A stretch of 64,000 nucleotides of DNA, taken from NCBI GenBank assembly GCA_965238275.1, contig OZ250186.1, positions 1,312,001-1,376,000 on the forward strand, read 5' to 3'. The DNA comes from Nitrosopumilus sp. (GTDB lineage Archaea; Thermoproteota; Nitrososphaeria; Nitrososphaerales; Nitrosopumilaceae). Made by a program: the position numbers and the translations under genes. Shown piece by piece: positions 50,553 to 59,735 of the stretch. The notes under the pieces are model-generated. The model worked only from the letters and a program-made list of their open reading frames with translations, did not search any database and was not told the DNA's origin. Position 1 is the first letter of the stretch. Every line of letters begins with the position of its first letter.

Positions 50553-53500
50553 CTACCCGTCTATGATACTTGACTCGCATATGCTGGCGTACGGGCACCT
50601 GCTACAGACATGACCTGGCGTCGCCTTGAAGTTTTCCTTGAGAATCTCCCCAACCATGTCTTTGATTGAGTTCATGGACTCCTCTACTGACTCCCTTTTA
50701 ATGTCGTACTCGACCATTTTGTCCTTTTCAAGATAAAACAGTGATGCCTTTACCGGAAGCACCCCGTGCATCTTTTTTACTGCCTTTGCATAGATGTTTA
50801 GCTGCGGATCAATTCGTGCCTTTGGCCTGCTTAGGAGGCTTTTTCCCGACTTAAAGTCCACAACCTCATATCCGCCCTCGGGATTCTTCTCTAGCCTGTC
50901 AATTTTTCCATTAAACCTGACTCCTCCAATCTCCAGACTAAAGGGAATCTCGGTTCCCACCAGCTCGTTTTTGGACCTGCTGTCCCATCCCAGATATGTC
51001 CCCGTCATCTGTCTTATCCTGTCCTTTGCAGACTTTTCGTCAATTTTGCTCCGGTATGGCTTGGACCTCCATTCCTTTTCAAACATCTTCAGTCCGTCAT
51101 CAAGTGTGGGCTCTTGGCCGTCTTTCTTCCTCCTTGAAAACTCCTCGGCTATCTTGTGTATGGCGTTTCCAAGATCCAATGCACTGCTTGTGTGCTGGGG
51201 AATCCGCATGATCTTGCCGAATTCAAACTGTTGCGGACATGTGATGTATGACTTGATGCTGGATGCAGAAAGGGTCAGGTTCTTGTGGTTGAATGCAGGC
51301 TGCCTGGCCTTTACAGGCGGAGCAACCTCTTCCATATCAACATCCAGTATACTTTTGGGATCAAAGCCATCGGACGTTCCAAATTTCTCACAATGCTCTA
51401 TCCATGCAAGCTCGACTATCCTCAGGATGGCAGCCTTTGGATGCATGCCATATATTGCCTCTGATGCCTGCCTTTGTTTTTCTGCCTTTGCGTGCTCTTT
51501 GGGATCCGGACCTTGTATGTCTGACTGTCCGGATTCGGCAAATCTTATGAAATCTATCCGAGGGTTGGTCTCATAGTTTAGGGCAGTCAGAAACCGGGAC
51601 GGTTTTGACTCGGTGACATTCTGTTCATATCTCCCCGGATACATTATGTACAGTCTGTTCATGGCTCTAGTTGCCGATACATAAAACAGTCTCCTCTCTT
51701 CGTCATCATGGGCCTCTTTGGAATCGCCTGTCTTGTTGACTCTCCCTGACAATCCCTCTGGCATCCCAAACAGTCTCTCACTGTACCGCACCGGAAACCT
51801 TCGATCTGCCACATCCGGAATAAAGACCACCGGAAATTCTTTTCCCTTGCTTTTGTGCATGGTCATTACATTGACTGCATCGTCCGGACCGTCATCCTCT
51901 GCCTCAATTCCGTTATGACCCAGAACCGGCAGATACTGCAAAAAGTCACCAATCCCATGATCCGGAAATACATCCTGATACTCCTTGGCCATCTTGTAAA
52001 ATTTATTTAGCACCCGGATGCTTTTTCTGTCCTGCAAGCCCTCCCCGTCTACAAGTTTTTTGTAGACGCCTGATTCTTCCATCATTATCCCGCGTACCGT
52101 TTCGCTTATGGCAGTACCTGAATACTTTTTGATTATGTTGTCCAGACGTTCTGCAATTTCCAAAACCGCCTGTTTCTGGGTAATGTCAAGTCCGGAATAC
52201 TCCCTCATAGTCTTCAAAACGCAGTCATCGCGTCTGTTGTCCGGCTCCCCTGCCGTTCTACGCGCCGCACCATTAACCACTATGATGTTCTGTTCTGATA
52301 TTCCGTGTTTTTTTAGCAGCCTGAATATCTCCATCCCTGAAGTGGCAGGAGAATGTATGACTTTGAGGTACGCTACAATCTCAAGAATGATCTGGTTGGC
52401 ACGGATGTCAGTATTCCCGATGAACGTGGCCGGTATTCCAAGGGATTTTAGCGCATGGGCAAATTTGTAGCCGTCCCTCTTACGTCTTGACAGAACGGCA
52501 ATGTCCCTGTATGATATCTGACGCTCATCGCTGCCACAACGCCTGACCGGCTTGCCTATCAAATCCCGTACGGTCCTTGCAATGTATTCTGCCTCCCCCC
52601 CGTCAGTATCCGTGCAGACCACCGCGATCTTCTCCCCTGCCTCATTTTCCGTATGCTCCTCTTCTGTCCTGCCCAGAATCTGGTTTGCAACTGCTATGAT
52701 GTTTTTAGTGCTGCGATAGTTTGTTGCAAGCTCAATCCTTTGATGATTGGGATAATCCCTCTCAAAATCCTCAAATGCCCCCTGATGTGCTCCCTGGAAT
52801 CCCATGATTGCCTGATCGCCATCTCCGACCACCGTGACGTTTTGGTGTTCTCCAAGAATCTTGACTAGCTCCAGTTGGGTGTAGTTGTTGTCCTGAAACT
52901 CGTCAATCATAATATGCTGAAATTTTTTCTGGTATCTATTTCGCAGAACCTCATTGTCCGTAAGCAGCTTGGCTGCCCTGTATACCATGTCCTCAAAATC
53001 TATAAAGTTCTGTTCATCCTTGTACTCCTCATACTGCCGGTACACCTTGTTAAGCTCGTTGAGCCTGTAAACCAACTCTATCTGGCCGTCATCATCCTGC
53101 TTGGCATCTGCGGATTTCAAATCACCTGGGGGCTCGAATGCGGACATCTTCAGGTCAATTAACTCCTGCAAGCCATTGTGGCTGATCATCTCCTGCTTGA
53201 ACCTGCTTATTGCCTCAAGTACTGCACTGTACAGCTCATTCCAGCCCCTTCCAACGTTGATGTATCTGGGATCAAGCTTGAACCTGTCGGTGTTTCTAAG
53301 ACACCATGCTATCTGTAGCGGTCTGTCAAACACCCTGGCCCCATGCCCGATTCCGGACTCGATCAAGTTCTCCTCTATGAGCTCCTTTGAAAATGCATGA
53401 AACGTGGATACCTTGACATCTGCAACCCCTTTATTTTCCAATCTCTGTTTCATCTCGCCTGTAGCCTTCTCGGTAAAGGTCATACACAGAATGGATGATT

Positions 53501-53639
53501 CCGGGACTCCTGACCTTATCAGGTTGAGCACCTTGTTGACAAGGACAAAAGTCTTTCCGCTTCCGGGGCCTGCAACAACCATCAGGGGCCCCTCCCTATG
53601 ATCTGCTACCTGTTTCTGCCTTTCATTTAATGTAACCAA
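50553..53639 (-). CDS. UvrD/PcrA helicase fused to a RecB-like PD-(D/E)XK nuclease with 4-Cys cluster
   Basis: AGPGSGKT, DEFQD, VGDGDQAI, HKSKGKEF, EERRLFYVSATRA; C-terminal CP..F, GKIDR, DFKSG, QLNIY, CSRCPYASIC. Confidence 0.92.
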   Translation of the reverse strand: MVTLNERQKQVADHREGPLMVVAGPGSGKTFVLVNKVLNLIRSGVPESSILCMTFTEKATGEMKQRLENKGVADVKVSTFHAFSKELIEENLIESGIGHGARVFDRPLQIAWCLRNTDRFKLDPRYINVGRGWNELYSAVLEAISRFKQEMISHNGLQELIDLKMSAFEPPGDLKSADAKQDDDGQIELVYRLNELNKVYRQYEEYKDEQNFIDFEDMVYRAAKLLTDNEVLRNRYQKKFQHIMIDEFQDNNYTQLELVKILGEHQNVTVVGDGDQAIMGFQGAHQGAFEDFERDYPNHQRIELATNYRSTKNIIAVANQILGRTEEEHTENEAGEKIAVVCTDTDGGEAEYIARTVRDLIGKPVRRCGSDERQISYRDIAVLSRRKRDGYKFAHALKSLGIPATFIGNTDIRANQIILEIVAYLKVIHSPATSGMEIFRLLKKHGISEQNIIVVNGAARRTAGEPDNRRDDCVLKTMREYSGLDITQKQAVLEIAERLDNIIKKYSGTAISETVRGIMMEESGVYKKLVDGEGLQDRKSIRVLNKFYKMAKEYQDVFPDHGIGDFLQYLPVLGHNGIEAEDDGPDDAVNVMTMHKSKGKEFPVVFIPDVADRRFPVRYSERLFGMPEGLSGRVNKTGDSKEAHDDEERRLFYVSATRAMNRLYIMYPGRYEQNVTESKPSRFLTALNYETNPRIDFIRFAESGQSDIQGPDPKEHAKAEKQRQASEAIYGMHPKAAILRIVELAWIEHCEKFGTSDGFDPKSILDVDMEEVAPPVKARQPAFNHKNLTLSASSIKSYITCPQQFEFGKIMRIPQHTSSALDLGNAIHKIAEEFSRRKKDGQEPTLDDGLKMFEKEWRSKPYRSKIDEKSAKDRIRQMTGTYLGWDSRSKNELVGTEIPFSLEIGGVRFNGKIDRLEKNPEGGYEVVDFKSGKSLLSRPKARIDPQLNIYAKAVKKMHGVLPVKASLFYLEKDKMVEYDIKRESVEESMNSIKDMVGEILKENFKATPGHVCSRCPYASICESSIIDG

Positions 53640-53877
53640 ACCGCTAATTCACAATCCCACACACAAAAATTGTTGCTGCTAGATATTTGAATGTGTTTTT
53701 CAGATCCGCCGCCACCCTCCTCATTCGGATTCCCTGCTGTCTGCATGCTGCTCGTCGTCGTAAAACCATCATGACTCCTGCTGTTGCACCCTCTAGCCGC
53801 GCTTGCCGTAAATCATGGGCTCGTCGTCATCGTCTTCAAACTCCCGGATGATCCTGGGGTATGACGCCTCTGCCATT

Positions 53878-54291
53878 CTAGATTCCCCCCACCCTTGAAG
53901 GATGGAACACTGCTATGCCGACCCAGCCTGAAACCTTCAAAAGCATCCTGTCAAAGGTTACCAGCACGTAGTCGTTTGCCCTGCAGATTGACAGAATCTG
54001 GTTGTCCCCCTCGTGGCACCCCCGGTACTGCTCAGTTACCATCCTTGCAGACCTGTCCTGCTCTGCTGTAAGATTCGATACCTGGACTGGCCTTCCAAGA
54101 AGCCTTGAGACCTTTTCAATTACGGCCCTGGCTGACAATCCCCTGACGCGCCTCACCTCTCCGAGCACCACATCGCACAGCACTATCCTGATTGACTTTC
54201 CCCGGAATCCCGCACGCAGCCTCCGTGGCAGGCCGGGATCCTCCATAAGGCCAATCACCACACACGAGTCGAGGGCTACTGTCTGTTCCAT
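53878..54291 (-). CDS. PIN-domain protein
   Basis: VALDSCVVI, VLGEV, GDNQIL, LVTFD acidic tetrad. Confidence 0.8.
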   Translation of the reverse strand: MEQTVALDSCVVIGLMEDPGLPRRLRAGFRGKSIRIVLCDVVLGEVRRVRGLSARAVIEKVSRLLGRPVQVSNLTAEQDRSARMVTEQYRGCHEGDNQILSICRANDYVLVTFDRMLLKVSGWVGIAVFHPSRVGGI

Positions 54292-54329
54292 GGGTTATAT
54301 TGACTAGAAGCATTATTATGTATAATAGA

Positions 54330-54364
54330 CATACTATCAATAGTATGGCAAGTATCAATAGTAT
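54330..54364. promoter_or_regulatory. Palindromic operator candidate in the divergent promoter
   Basis: CATACTAT-CA-ATAGTATG (54330-47) overlapping the ATG; TATCAATAGTAT repeated at 54335 and 54353. Confidence 0.55.
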
Positions 54365-55109
54365 TGACAATCTTGATGTGCTCAGGGTACACATTGCACC
54401 AGTGGGCTTTGAGGTGGACAGGATCGTCATACCCCTGAGACAAAAAAAGGCAGACAGGCTCTGGCTTTTGGTCCATGAGAATCCGTCACTGGACCAGTCC
54501 GGGCCGTATGTGGAAAAGATAGAAGAGGAGTGCCGGAGACTCGGTGTCGATCTGAAAAAACAGTCCGCAGACCGGATGGACATGTTTGGCATGATAAGGA
54601 ATATCAGCAACATCATCAAGGCCGAGAAGCGCAACCTTGTCTATGTCAATGTTGCATCCGGCTCGAAGATTCAGGCAATCGCGTGCATGATGGCATGCAT
54701 GATCCTAAAAAAGTATGAGAACCTAAAGCCGTTTTATGCCATTCCAGAAAAGTATGCCGCCCTTGACGGCAAGCCGCAGTCCTTTGGGGTAAAAGACATG
54801 GTGCCGCTGCCCGTTTATGGGATGCAGATTCCAAAACCAAAACTGCTTCAGGCCCTAAAGATAGTGGCAGAACACAAGGATCAAAGGATTACCAAAAAGG
54901 AGATGGCGCAGGTAGCCGACGACAAAAAACTGATCACTGTCAGTGCCGGGGAATCAAACTACTCCCAGGTAAGGTATGCCAGCCTTCAGAACAACATCAT
55001 AGACCCCCTGGAGAACCAGTGGAAGTTCGTCAGGGTTGAAAAGATAGGGCGCAACCGCTGGATAATGCTTACTGACGAGGGAAGACACGCCGTGGGCTTT
55101 ATGGCGTGA
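54345..55109 (+). CDS. CARF-like + winged-HTH regulator (DUF6293/Csa3-like)
   Basis: HIAPVGFE.DRI, YVNVASGSKI CARF-type motifs; C-terminal wHTH ending LTDEG. Confidence 0.75.
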   Translation: MASINSIDNLDVLRVHIAPVGFEVDRIVIPLRQKKADRLWLLVHENPSLDQSGPYVEKIEEECRRLGVDLKKQSADRMDMFGMIRNISNIIKAEKRNLVYVNVASGSKIQAIACMMACMILKKYENLKPFYAIPEKYAALDGKPQSFGVKDMVPLPVYGMQIPKPKLLQALKIVAEHKDQRITKKEMAQVADDKKLITVSAGESNYSQVRYASLQNNIIDPLENQWKFVRVEKIGRNRWIMLTDEGRHAVGFMA

Positions 55110-55143
55110 GCCGCGCGGGCTTGTACCGCGTCCTGGACTGAAC

Positions 55144-55467
55144 CTATGTCCTTAGGTTGATCTCGATCGTATCTCCGACCTGGGGCCGTTTGATGCTGTT
55201 GTATCTTGACTTGGGCATCGCGATTGTGATCTGAGTCTGCTGGTATGTCTTGATGTTTACTGTGGGCTGGGCCTGCAGTATGGCCTCTAGGAGCGGCATT
55301 ACGTGCTCCTTGGTCTCCGAATCAAGCCTTTTTGAGACGTTTTCTATTATCATCTGCTTTTGCGATATTGGCTCGGTGGACACGTTCTCGATCAGTGTCA
55401 TCTGGACGGTCTGGCCATTGTCTACTATCTGTGTAATCCTAAACTCGTTTGTCGCTGACAATGCCAT
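55144..55467 (-). CDS. Hypothetical protein (possible OB-fold/arcadin-1-like)
   Basis: Beta-rich, C-terminal RPQVGDTIEI. Confidence 0.55.
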   Translation of the reverse strand: MALSATNEFRITQIVDNGQTVQMTLIENVSTEPISQKQMIIENVSKRLDSETKEHVMPLLEAILQAQPTVNIKTYQQTQITIAMPKSRYNSIKRPQVGDTIEINLRT

Positions 55468-55493
55468 GGTGGGGAATTTATCGTGATTTATCT

Positions 55494-55586
55494 CTAGCGA
55501 ATCGAAAAGTAGAGTGCAACAGCAGCCGTTGTTACTGCGCCTGCCACGCCCAGGACAAAGATAATCTTGCCCCCCTCAACCTTCAT
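55494..55586 (-). CDS. Putative 30-aa single-TM micropeptide
   Basis: Own translation MKVEGGKIIFVLGVAGAVTTAAVALYFSIR; AT-rich box upstream. Confidence 0.45.
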   Translation of the reverse strand: MKVEGGKIIFVLGVAGAVTTAAVALYFSIR

Positions 55587-55625
55587 GATCCGGTGTATCG
55601 CAGTCTGAATTAAAATTGTATTGTT

Positions 55626-55660
55626 TTGCTTTGCTTTGCTTTGCTTTGCTTTGCTTTGCT
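55626..55660. repeat. (TTGCT)7 microsatellite
   Basis: Perfect pentanucleotide run. Confidence 0.95.
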
Positions 55661-55667
55661 TGCCTAA

Positions 55668-56021
55668 TCAGTCCTGCGTGGCTATGTCGGGAGTTTCCTG
55701 CGCCGTCTCTGCATGGGGTTTCTCCCCGGGAATCCCTGCACTCATCGACTCCATTATGGATTTCTTGATTAATGCGGACCTGCCTTTGAGTATATGGTTG
55801 AACTCCCTGATGTCATCCAGGCTTGGCGTCTGCTGCTGGGTCTGGTATGCCTGCAGGAATCCGGAATACACGCATCCTGCAATAACGCCAAATGCCGTGT
55901 CTGAAACCGACTCTACCTCCGGCACGAACTTCTCTGCTATCTGCCTGTATGACTCTGACTCGCTTATGTAGTAGTCTATGAGGTTGTCGATGAAGACCCT
56001 GTTCTCCTTGGAAATTGCCAT
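55668..56021 (-). CDS. Conserved hypothetical protein
   Basis: 117-aa ORF with plausible composition. Confidence 0.65.
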   Translation of the reverse strand: MAISKENRVFIDNLIDYYISESESYRQIAEKFVPEVESVSDTAFGVIAGCVYSGFLQAYQTQQQTPSLDDIREFNHILKGRSALIKKSIMESMSAGIPGEKPHAETAQETPDIATQD

Positions 56022-56071
56022 ACCATTCCTTGACCTCCTTGGTTATTTATCAATAGTTGACCGTTTATTAA

Positions 56072-56551
56072 TTGACAAATCAATCCATTATAGCATTGTG
56101 GAAGCTGGATTTTGATGAGGGCTACTTTCGTATATACGACTCAAAGAAGATGATCGCAGGATACTTTGATCCCGACTATGGCGACATTAATTCGGACCAG
56201 GACTTTGAAGAGGTTGCCGCTACCATGATAAAGGATCGCGTGCCGGTTCCGGGGGGCGTCATAATGGTCCCGCTTGTAAAGTTTCGACTGTTTGATACCG
56301 ACCTGAACGTCCTGCTGTCTAACGTGGAGCAGAACGTGCTCCGGGTGGCCGGGCACCTGCAGAAGTGGAGGCGTTTTCTCAGCGAGGCCGGCTGCAGGAC
56401 CCATTCGGTAAGGATCTCCCACACGGATCAGGACATGCTGACAGTAACGTTTCCGGTAACCTTCTCGGGGCCCACCCCGCTGGATGCAACCCGGCTGATC
56501 TCCGAGATAAGCCCTACCCTGGACAGGCTGCAAAATTCCGGCCTTTTATGA
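56072..56551 (+). CDS. Hypothetical protein
   Basis: 159-aa ORF, divergent from the previous gene. Confidence 0.6.
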   Translation: MTNQSIIALWKLDFDEGYFRIYDSKKMIAGYFDPDYGDINSDQDFEEVAATMIKDRVPVPGGVIMVPLVKFRLFDTDLNVLLSNVEQNVLRVAGHLQKWRRFLSEAGCRTHSVRISHTDQDMLTVTFPVTFSGPTPLDATRLISEISPTLDRLQNSGLL

Positions 56552-57272
56552 TTCTGCCTGAATACCTTGTCGCTATGATGCAGGCAGACAGCGCTGTCAC
56601 AAGCAGTACCGTGACGCCCACTGGAAACTCGGGAACTGCTGCATACTCTTCTGATTCTGCGACCAGGGCGTATCTGCTGACGTCGCTGGTCTGGATCTTG
56701 TCTGGCACCGATACCAGAAAGAACACATCCCCGTCTGCCCTCAGGTAGTCCGGCTCCGGGTTGACCCTTGAGACGGCAGCCACGTCCCCGTTGTCATCAT
56801 ACAAAGTCGCAATCACTGTTACCGTATTTGCCGTAATCTCCCCCCTGTTGGTGACGATTCCCGTTATCATCAGGTTGTCGTGGATGTCCCTTGAAATCTC
56901 AGATCTGGTGATGTCTATCACCTGATTCCTTGGGGGCGCGACCCTGTAGTCAAGGTCCAGCAGGTATGACTGGGCCTCCCCTGCGATGCTGCCTGTCAGT
57001 ATGAGATCAAACGGGCTCATCATGCCGGGCATCACGATGTTTACAAGCGAGCCTGTCTCCTCTGTCGCGATGGGGCTGCCTGATTCGTCAAGAAGCGTTA
57101 TGTGCACTGTCATCTGGTTCAGCGGAAACTGCAGGTCGTTTCTGATCTCCCCGACTATGTGGAGCGAGCCGTCGTCGCCTATGTACTGCCGGTCGTTTTG
57201 GATGTACACCTCGCCAAATGCCAGCGGCATTCCCCCGGCAAGAATCATGGCCATTACAAGAAGCACCCTCAT
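56514..57272 (-). CDS. Surface protein with FxLYD-type domains and a PEF-like C-terminal anchor
   Basis: Signal peptide, IVGEIRN..TLLD and ITG.VTN..TLYD repeats, VPEFP + TM. Confidence 0.75.
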   Translation of the reverse strand: MRVLLVMAMILAGGMPLAFGEVYIQNDRQYIGDDGSLHIVGEIRNDLQFPLNQMTVHITLLDESGSPIATEETGSLVNIVMPGMMSPFDLILTGSIAGEAQSYLLDLDYRVAPPRNQVIDITRSEISRDIHDNLMITGIVTNRGEITANTVTVIATLYDDNGDVAAVSRVNPEPDYLRADGDVFFLVSVPDKIQTSDVSRYALVAESEEYAAVPEFPVGVTVLLVTALSACIIATRYSGRIIKGRNFAACPG

Positions 57273-57318
57273 ACCTGATCTTCCCCACACTTTGTCTAAA
57301 GTAGTTTTTGCCGGCATC

Positions 57319-58008
57319 CTATGGCAGGTGCTCTGTCTTCCATGCCTCTGCATCGCCGATGCATTCGGACCAGCCGGCCTCTGCTGCATCTGAGGCAAAT
57401 CCTTCTGACCCGTCCCCAAACGCCTCGTCGCACTGGTTCTTCATGTGCTCGTACACGTCAATGACCACCTGCGTCAGCCCGCTCTGCGGCGCCTCGAATT
57501 TTTCTGGTTCGTCATAACTCTTGACGCCTGTCTTGGCCGAATAAAACTCGACTAGCCCAAACAGCTCATACTCCAATGATTCCTGAAGATGTGCATCCGA
57601 CCTTATCCTGGCAGACTCGTCGCCCGTCTTGATCCACTCGATGAGCTGCCTGTCGCTTTCCATCTGCGTCTCTGAGGAGAGTTTGAGCAGCTCCACCGAG
57701 CCCCTGAACAGCTCAGGCGGATCCAGCCGGTCATACCCTGCAATCACGCCCAAAAAGTCAGCCAGGTGCCCGTCATAAAACTCCAGCAGCTGCTCCTTTG
57801 TAATGTCCCCTTCCTCCCATTTTGTCTTCTCCGAGTAGAACCCTGCCTGCAGCTGCCTTACGTCCTCCTGGATAATCTCCAGCTCTATTCCAAACTGCAG
57901 TCCCTTCTGTTTGGTCTGCTCGGCCGTGTAGCTGTATGCAATGACTGCCGATACCATTACCACTGCGATGATGCCGATCGTGATGTTTTGGATCTTTTTC
58001 TTCTTCAA
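57319..58008 (-). CDS. Membrane-anchored hypothetical protein
   Basis: Basic N-terminus + TM + acidic helical domain. Confidence 0.7.
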   Translation of the reverse strand: MKKKKIQNITIGIIAVVMVSAVIAYSYTAEQTKQKGLQFGIELEIIQEDVRQLQAGFYSEKTKWEEGDITKEQLLEFYDGHLADFLGVIAGYDRLDPPELFRGSVELLKLSSETQMESDRQLIEWIKTGDESARIRSDAHLQESLEYELFGLVEFYSAKTGVKSYDEPEKFEAPQSGLTQVVIDVYEHMKNQCDEAFGDGSEGFASDAAEAGWSECIGDAEAWKTEHLP

Positions 58009-58301
58009 AGGTAGTCGATATAGTTTCCGTTCTCGTCTAATTTTAATTCGATTGTAAACTCTGTTCCGCTGATAAACGACTCGTTCCTAGTTGACCTGAC
58101 CCTTCCCACTACCAGCTCGTATGGCCATATCTCCACCACGATGGAGCCGATTGACACTGTGGGGGTTTCTGTAATCTCCATGTCCTCCCGTTTCACCCCG
58201 TGCCTTTCCAGCATGTGTATTGCGTGATCCAAAAGCGGTTCGGGGTTGTTGTAGTTTAGAACCCAGACCGGTCGCTCATAGTCAATCTTGCGCAATCTCA
58301 A
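58005..58301 (-). CDS. Hypothetical protein
   Basis: 98-aa ORF overlapping the next gene by 4 bp. Confidence 0.6.
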   Translation of the reverse strand: MRLRKIDYERPVWVLNYNNPEPLLDHAIHMLERHGVKREDMEITETPTVSIGSIVVEIWPYELVVGRVRSTRNESFISGTEFTIELKLDENGNYIDYL

Positions 58302-58369
58302 ATAATCCCGGGCACAGTCCTTATAACAATTATCATGTTTGCCCCGTGCCGCTTGGACATGGGATGACC

Positions 58370-58603
58370 CTACTCCGGAACAATCACATTCAGCGTCATC
58401 GTGCTCAGCACCCTGGAGAGCCGCCTGATCCCTGCAATCGTCTTTTCAAACTCGTCCTGGTCATCTGTCTGGATCTCTGCAATGGTGTCATACGCGCCAA
58501 ATGTGATGTATGCGTTGTTCACATGATCCATCTGCCTTAGCTCGTCTACTATGTGCTCCTCTGCGCCAAGATCGCAGTTTAACAGAATGAATCCCCTGTA
58601 CAT
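58370..58603 (-). CDS. Lrp/AsnC ligand-binding domain protein
   Basis: FILLNCDLGAE, TFGAYD, VLSTMTL. Confidence 0.85.
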   Translation of the reverse strand: MYRGFILLNCDLGAEEHIVDELRQMDHVNNAYITFGAYDTIAEIQTDDQDEFEKTIAGIRRLSRVLSTMTLNVIVPE

Positions 58604-58662
58604 TACTTAACATTAGTAGGCGCGATTCAAGTCTTTAAGTCTTGTAGATGTCTCTCACCATC

Positions 58663-59727
58663 TCTGTTGTACGAAAATTAGGTCCGCCTAAGATCAAGCG
58701 TTACGTAAAGGATTACTTTGTCCTTTACCGATCAAGAAAAACGATGGCAAAACGACTGACGGCAAAGTCCATCAGATACGCGATGGCACAGCTCGGCAAG
58801 GGCAGGGGCACGACGGAAGTGGCAACAGAGATCGGCGTGACGCCAAGACATGTCCGCAGGCTGCGGGCCGTGTTCCGTACTGCCGGCACTCCGCAGCGTC
58901 CCGGCCGGCCTGCACGGCCACCATCCCCAGAGGAAGTACGACTTGTGCTGGATGAATGCAGACGGGAACCGCAAGGCGTGCTGCGCACTGCCATGAACCT
59001 GCAGGTAAATCATGATATAGGTTACCAGAGGGTATACCGGATAATGAAGGAGAACGGCCTGGTGGTTTCGTCTGCGGCAAAGTCCAAAAAACGAAAGTGG
59101 GTTCGCTACGAACGAAGGCATTCCAACTCCATGTGGCACACAGACTGGCATGTCATGAAGGATCCGCGCATGAAAGGGCTCAATCTGGTGACCTTTCTGG
59201 ACGACGCGTCAAGATGCGTGACCGGGGTGGGTCTGTTTACTGAGGCCACGTCCGAGAACGTTGTGAAGGTTCTCCGGGATGCAGTCAGGCAGTTCGGCGT
59301 TCCTGCCACCATCCTGTCAGACAACGGCTCATGCTTTGTGGGCGCTACAGGCAGGTACGTGAAGGGGAAGGACGGCAAGAGAATGAAGGCGCCTTCCGGA
59401 TCATGGCAGCCCACCACCTTTGAGGCAGAGCTGCTGGACCTGAGCATAGGGCTGATAAACTCCAGGCCGTACCACCCCCAGACCAACGGCAAGCTTGAGC
59501 GGTTTCACAGGACGCTTGAAGATGAAATATGTCACCGCAGGAGCCTGGCAGAGTACGTCGAATACTATAACGAGAGACGCCTGCACTTTTCGCTGGACAT
59601 TGCCAACCGCGAGACCCCACTCATGGCATTCCATGCCAAGAAAGCGACCGAGGAGATCAGGAATGAGAACTCAAATTGGATGGAGGAGGATACCAATGAC
59701 TAGCGGACATAATTTCCGTATAATACA
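58663..59727 (+). mobile_element. IS481-family element, 16-bp target duplication
   Basis: Imperfect 25-bp TIR (20/25); direct repeat GATGTCTCTCACCATC at 58647-62 and 59728-43. Confidence 0.9.
58744..59703 (+). CDS. IS481-family transposase (intact ORF)
   Basis: HTH, WHTD, LDDASR, LSDNGS, HPQTNGKLERFH, YNERR.H. Confidence 0.92.
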   Translation: MAKRLTAKSIRYAMAQLGKGRGTTEVATEIGVTPRHVRRLRAVFRTAGTPQRPGRPARPPSPEEVRLVLDECRREPQGVLRTAMNLQVNHDIGYQRVYRIMKENGLVVSSAAKSKKRKWVRYERRHSNSMWHTDWHVMKDPRMKGLNLVTFLDDASRCVTGVGLFTEATSENVVKVLRDAVRQFGVPATILSDNGSCFVGATGRYVKGKDGKRMKAPSGSWQPTTFEAELLDLSIGLINSRPYHPQTNGKLERFHRTLEDEICHRRSLAEYVEYYNERRLHFSLDIANRETPLMAFHAKKATEEIRNENSNWMEEDTND

Positions 59728-59735
59728 GATGTCTC

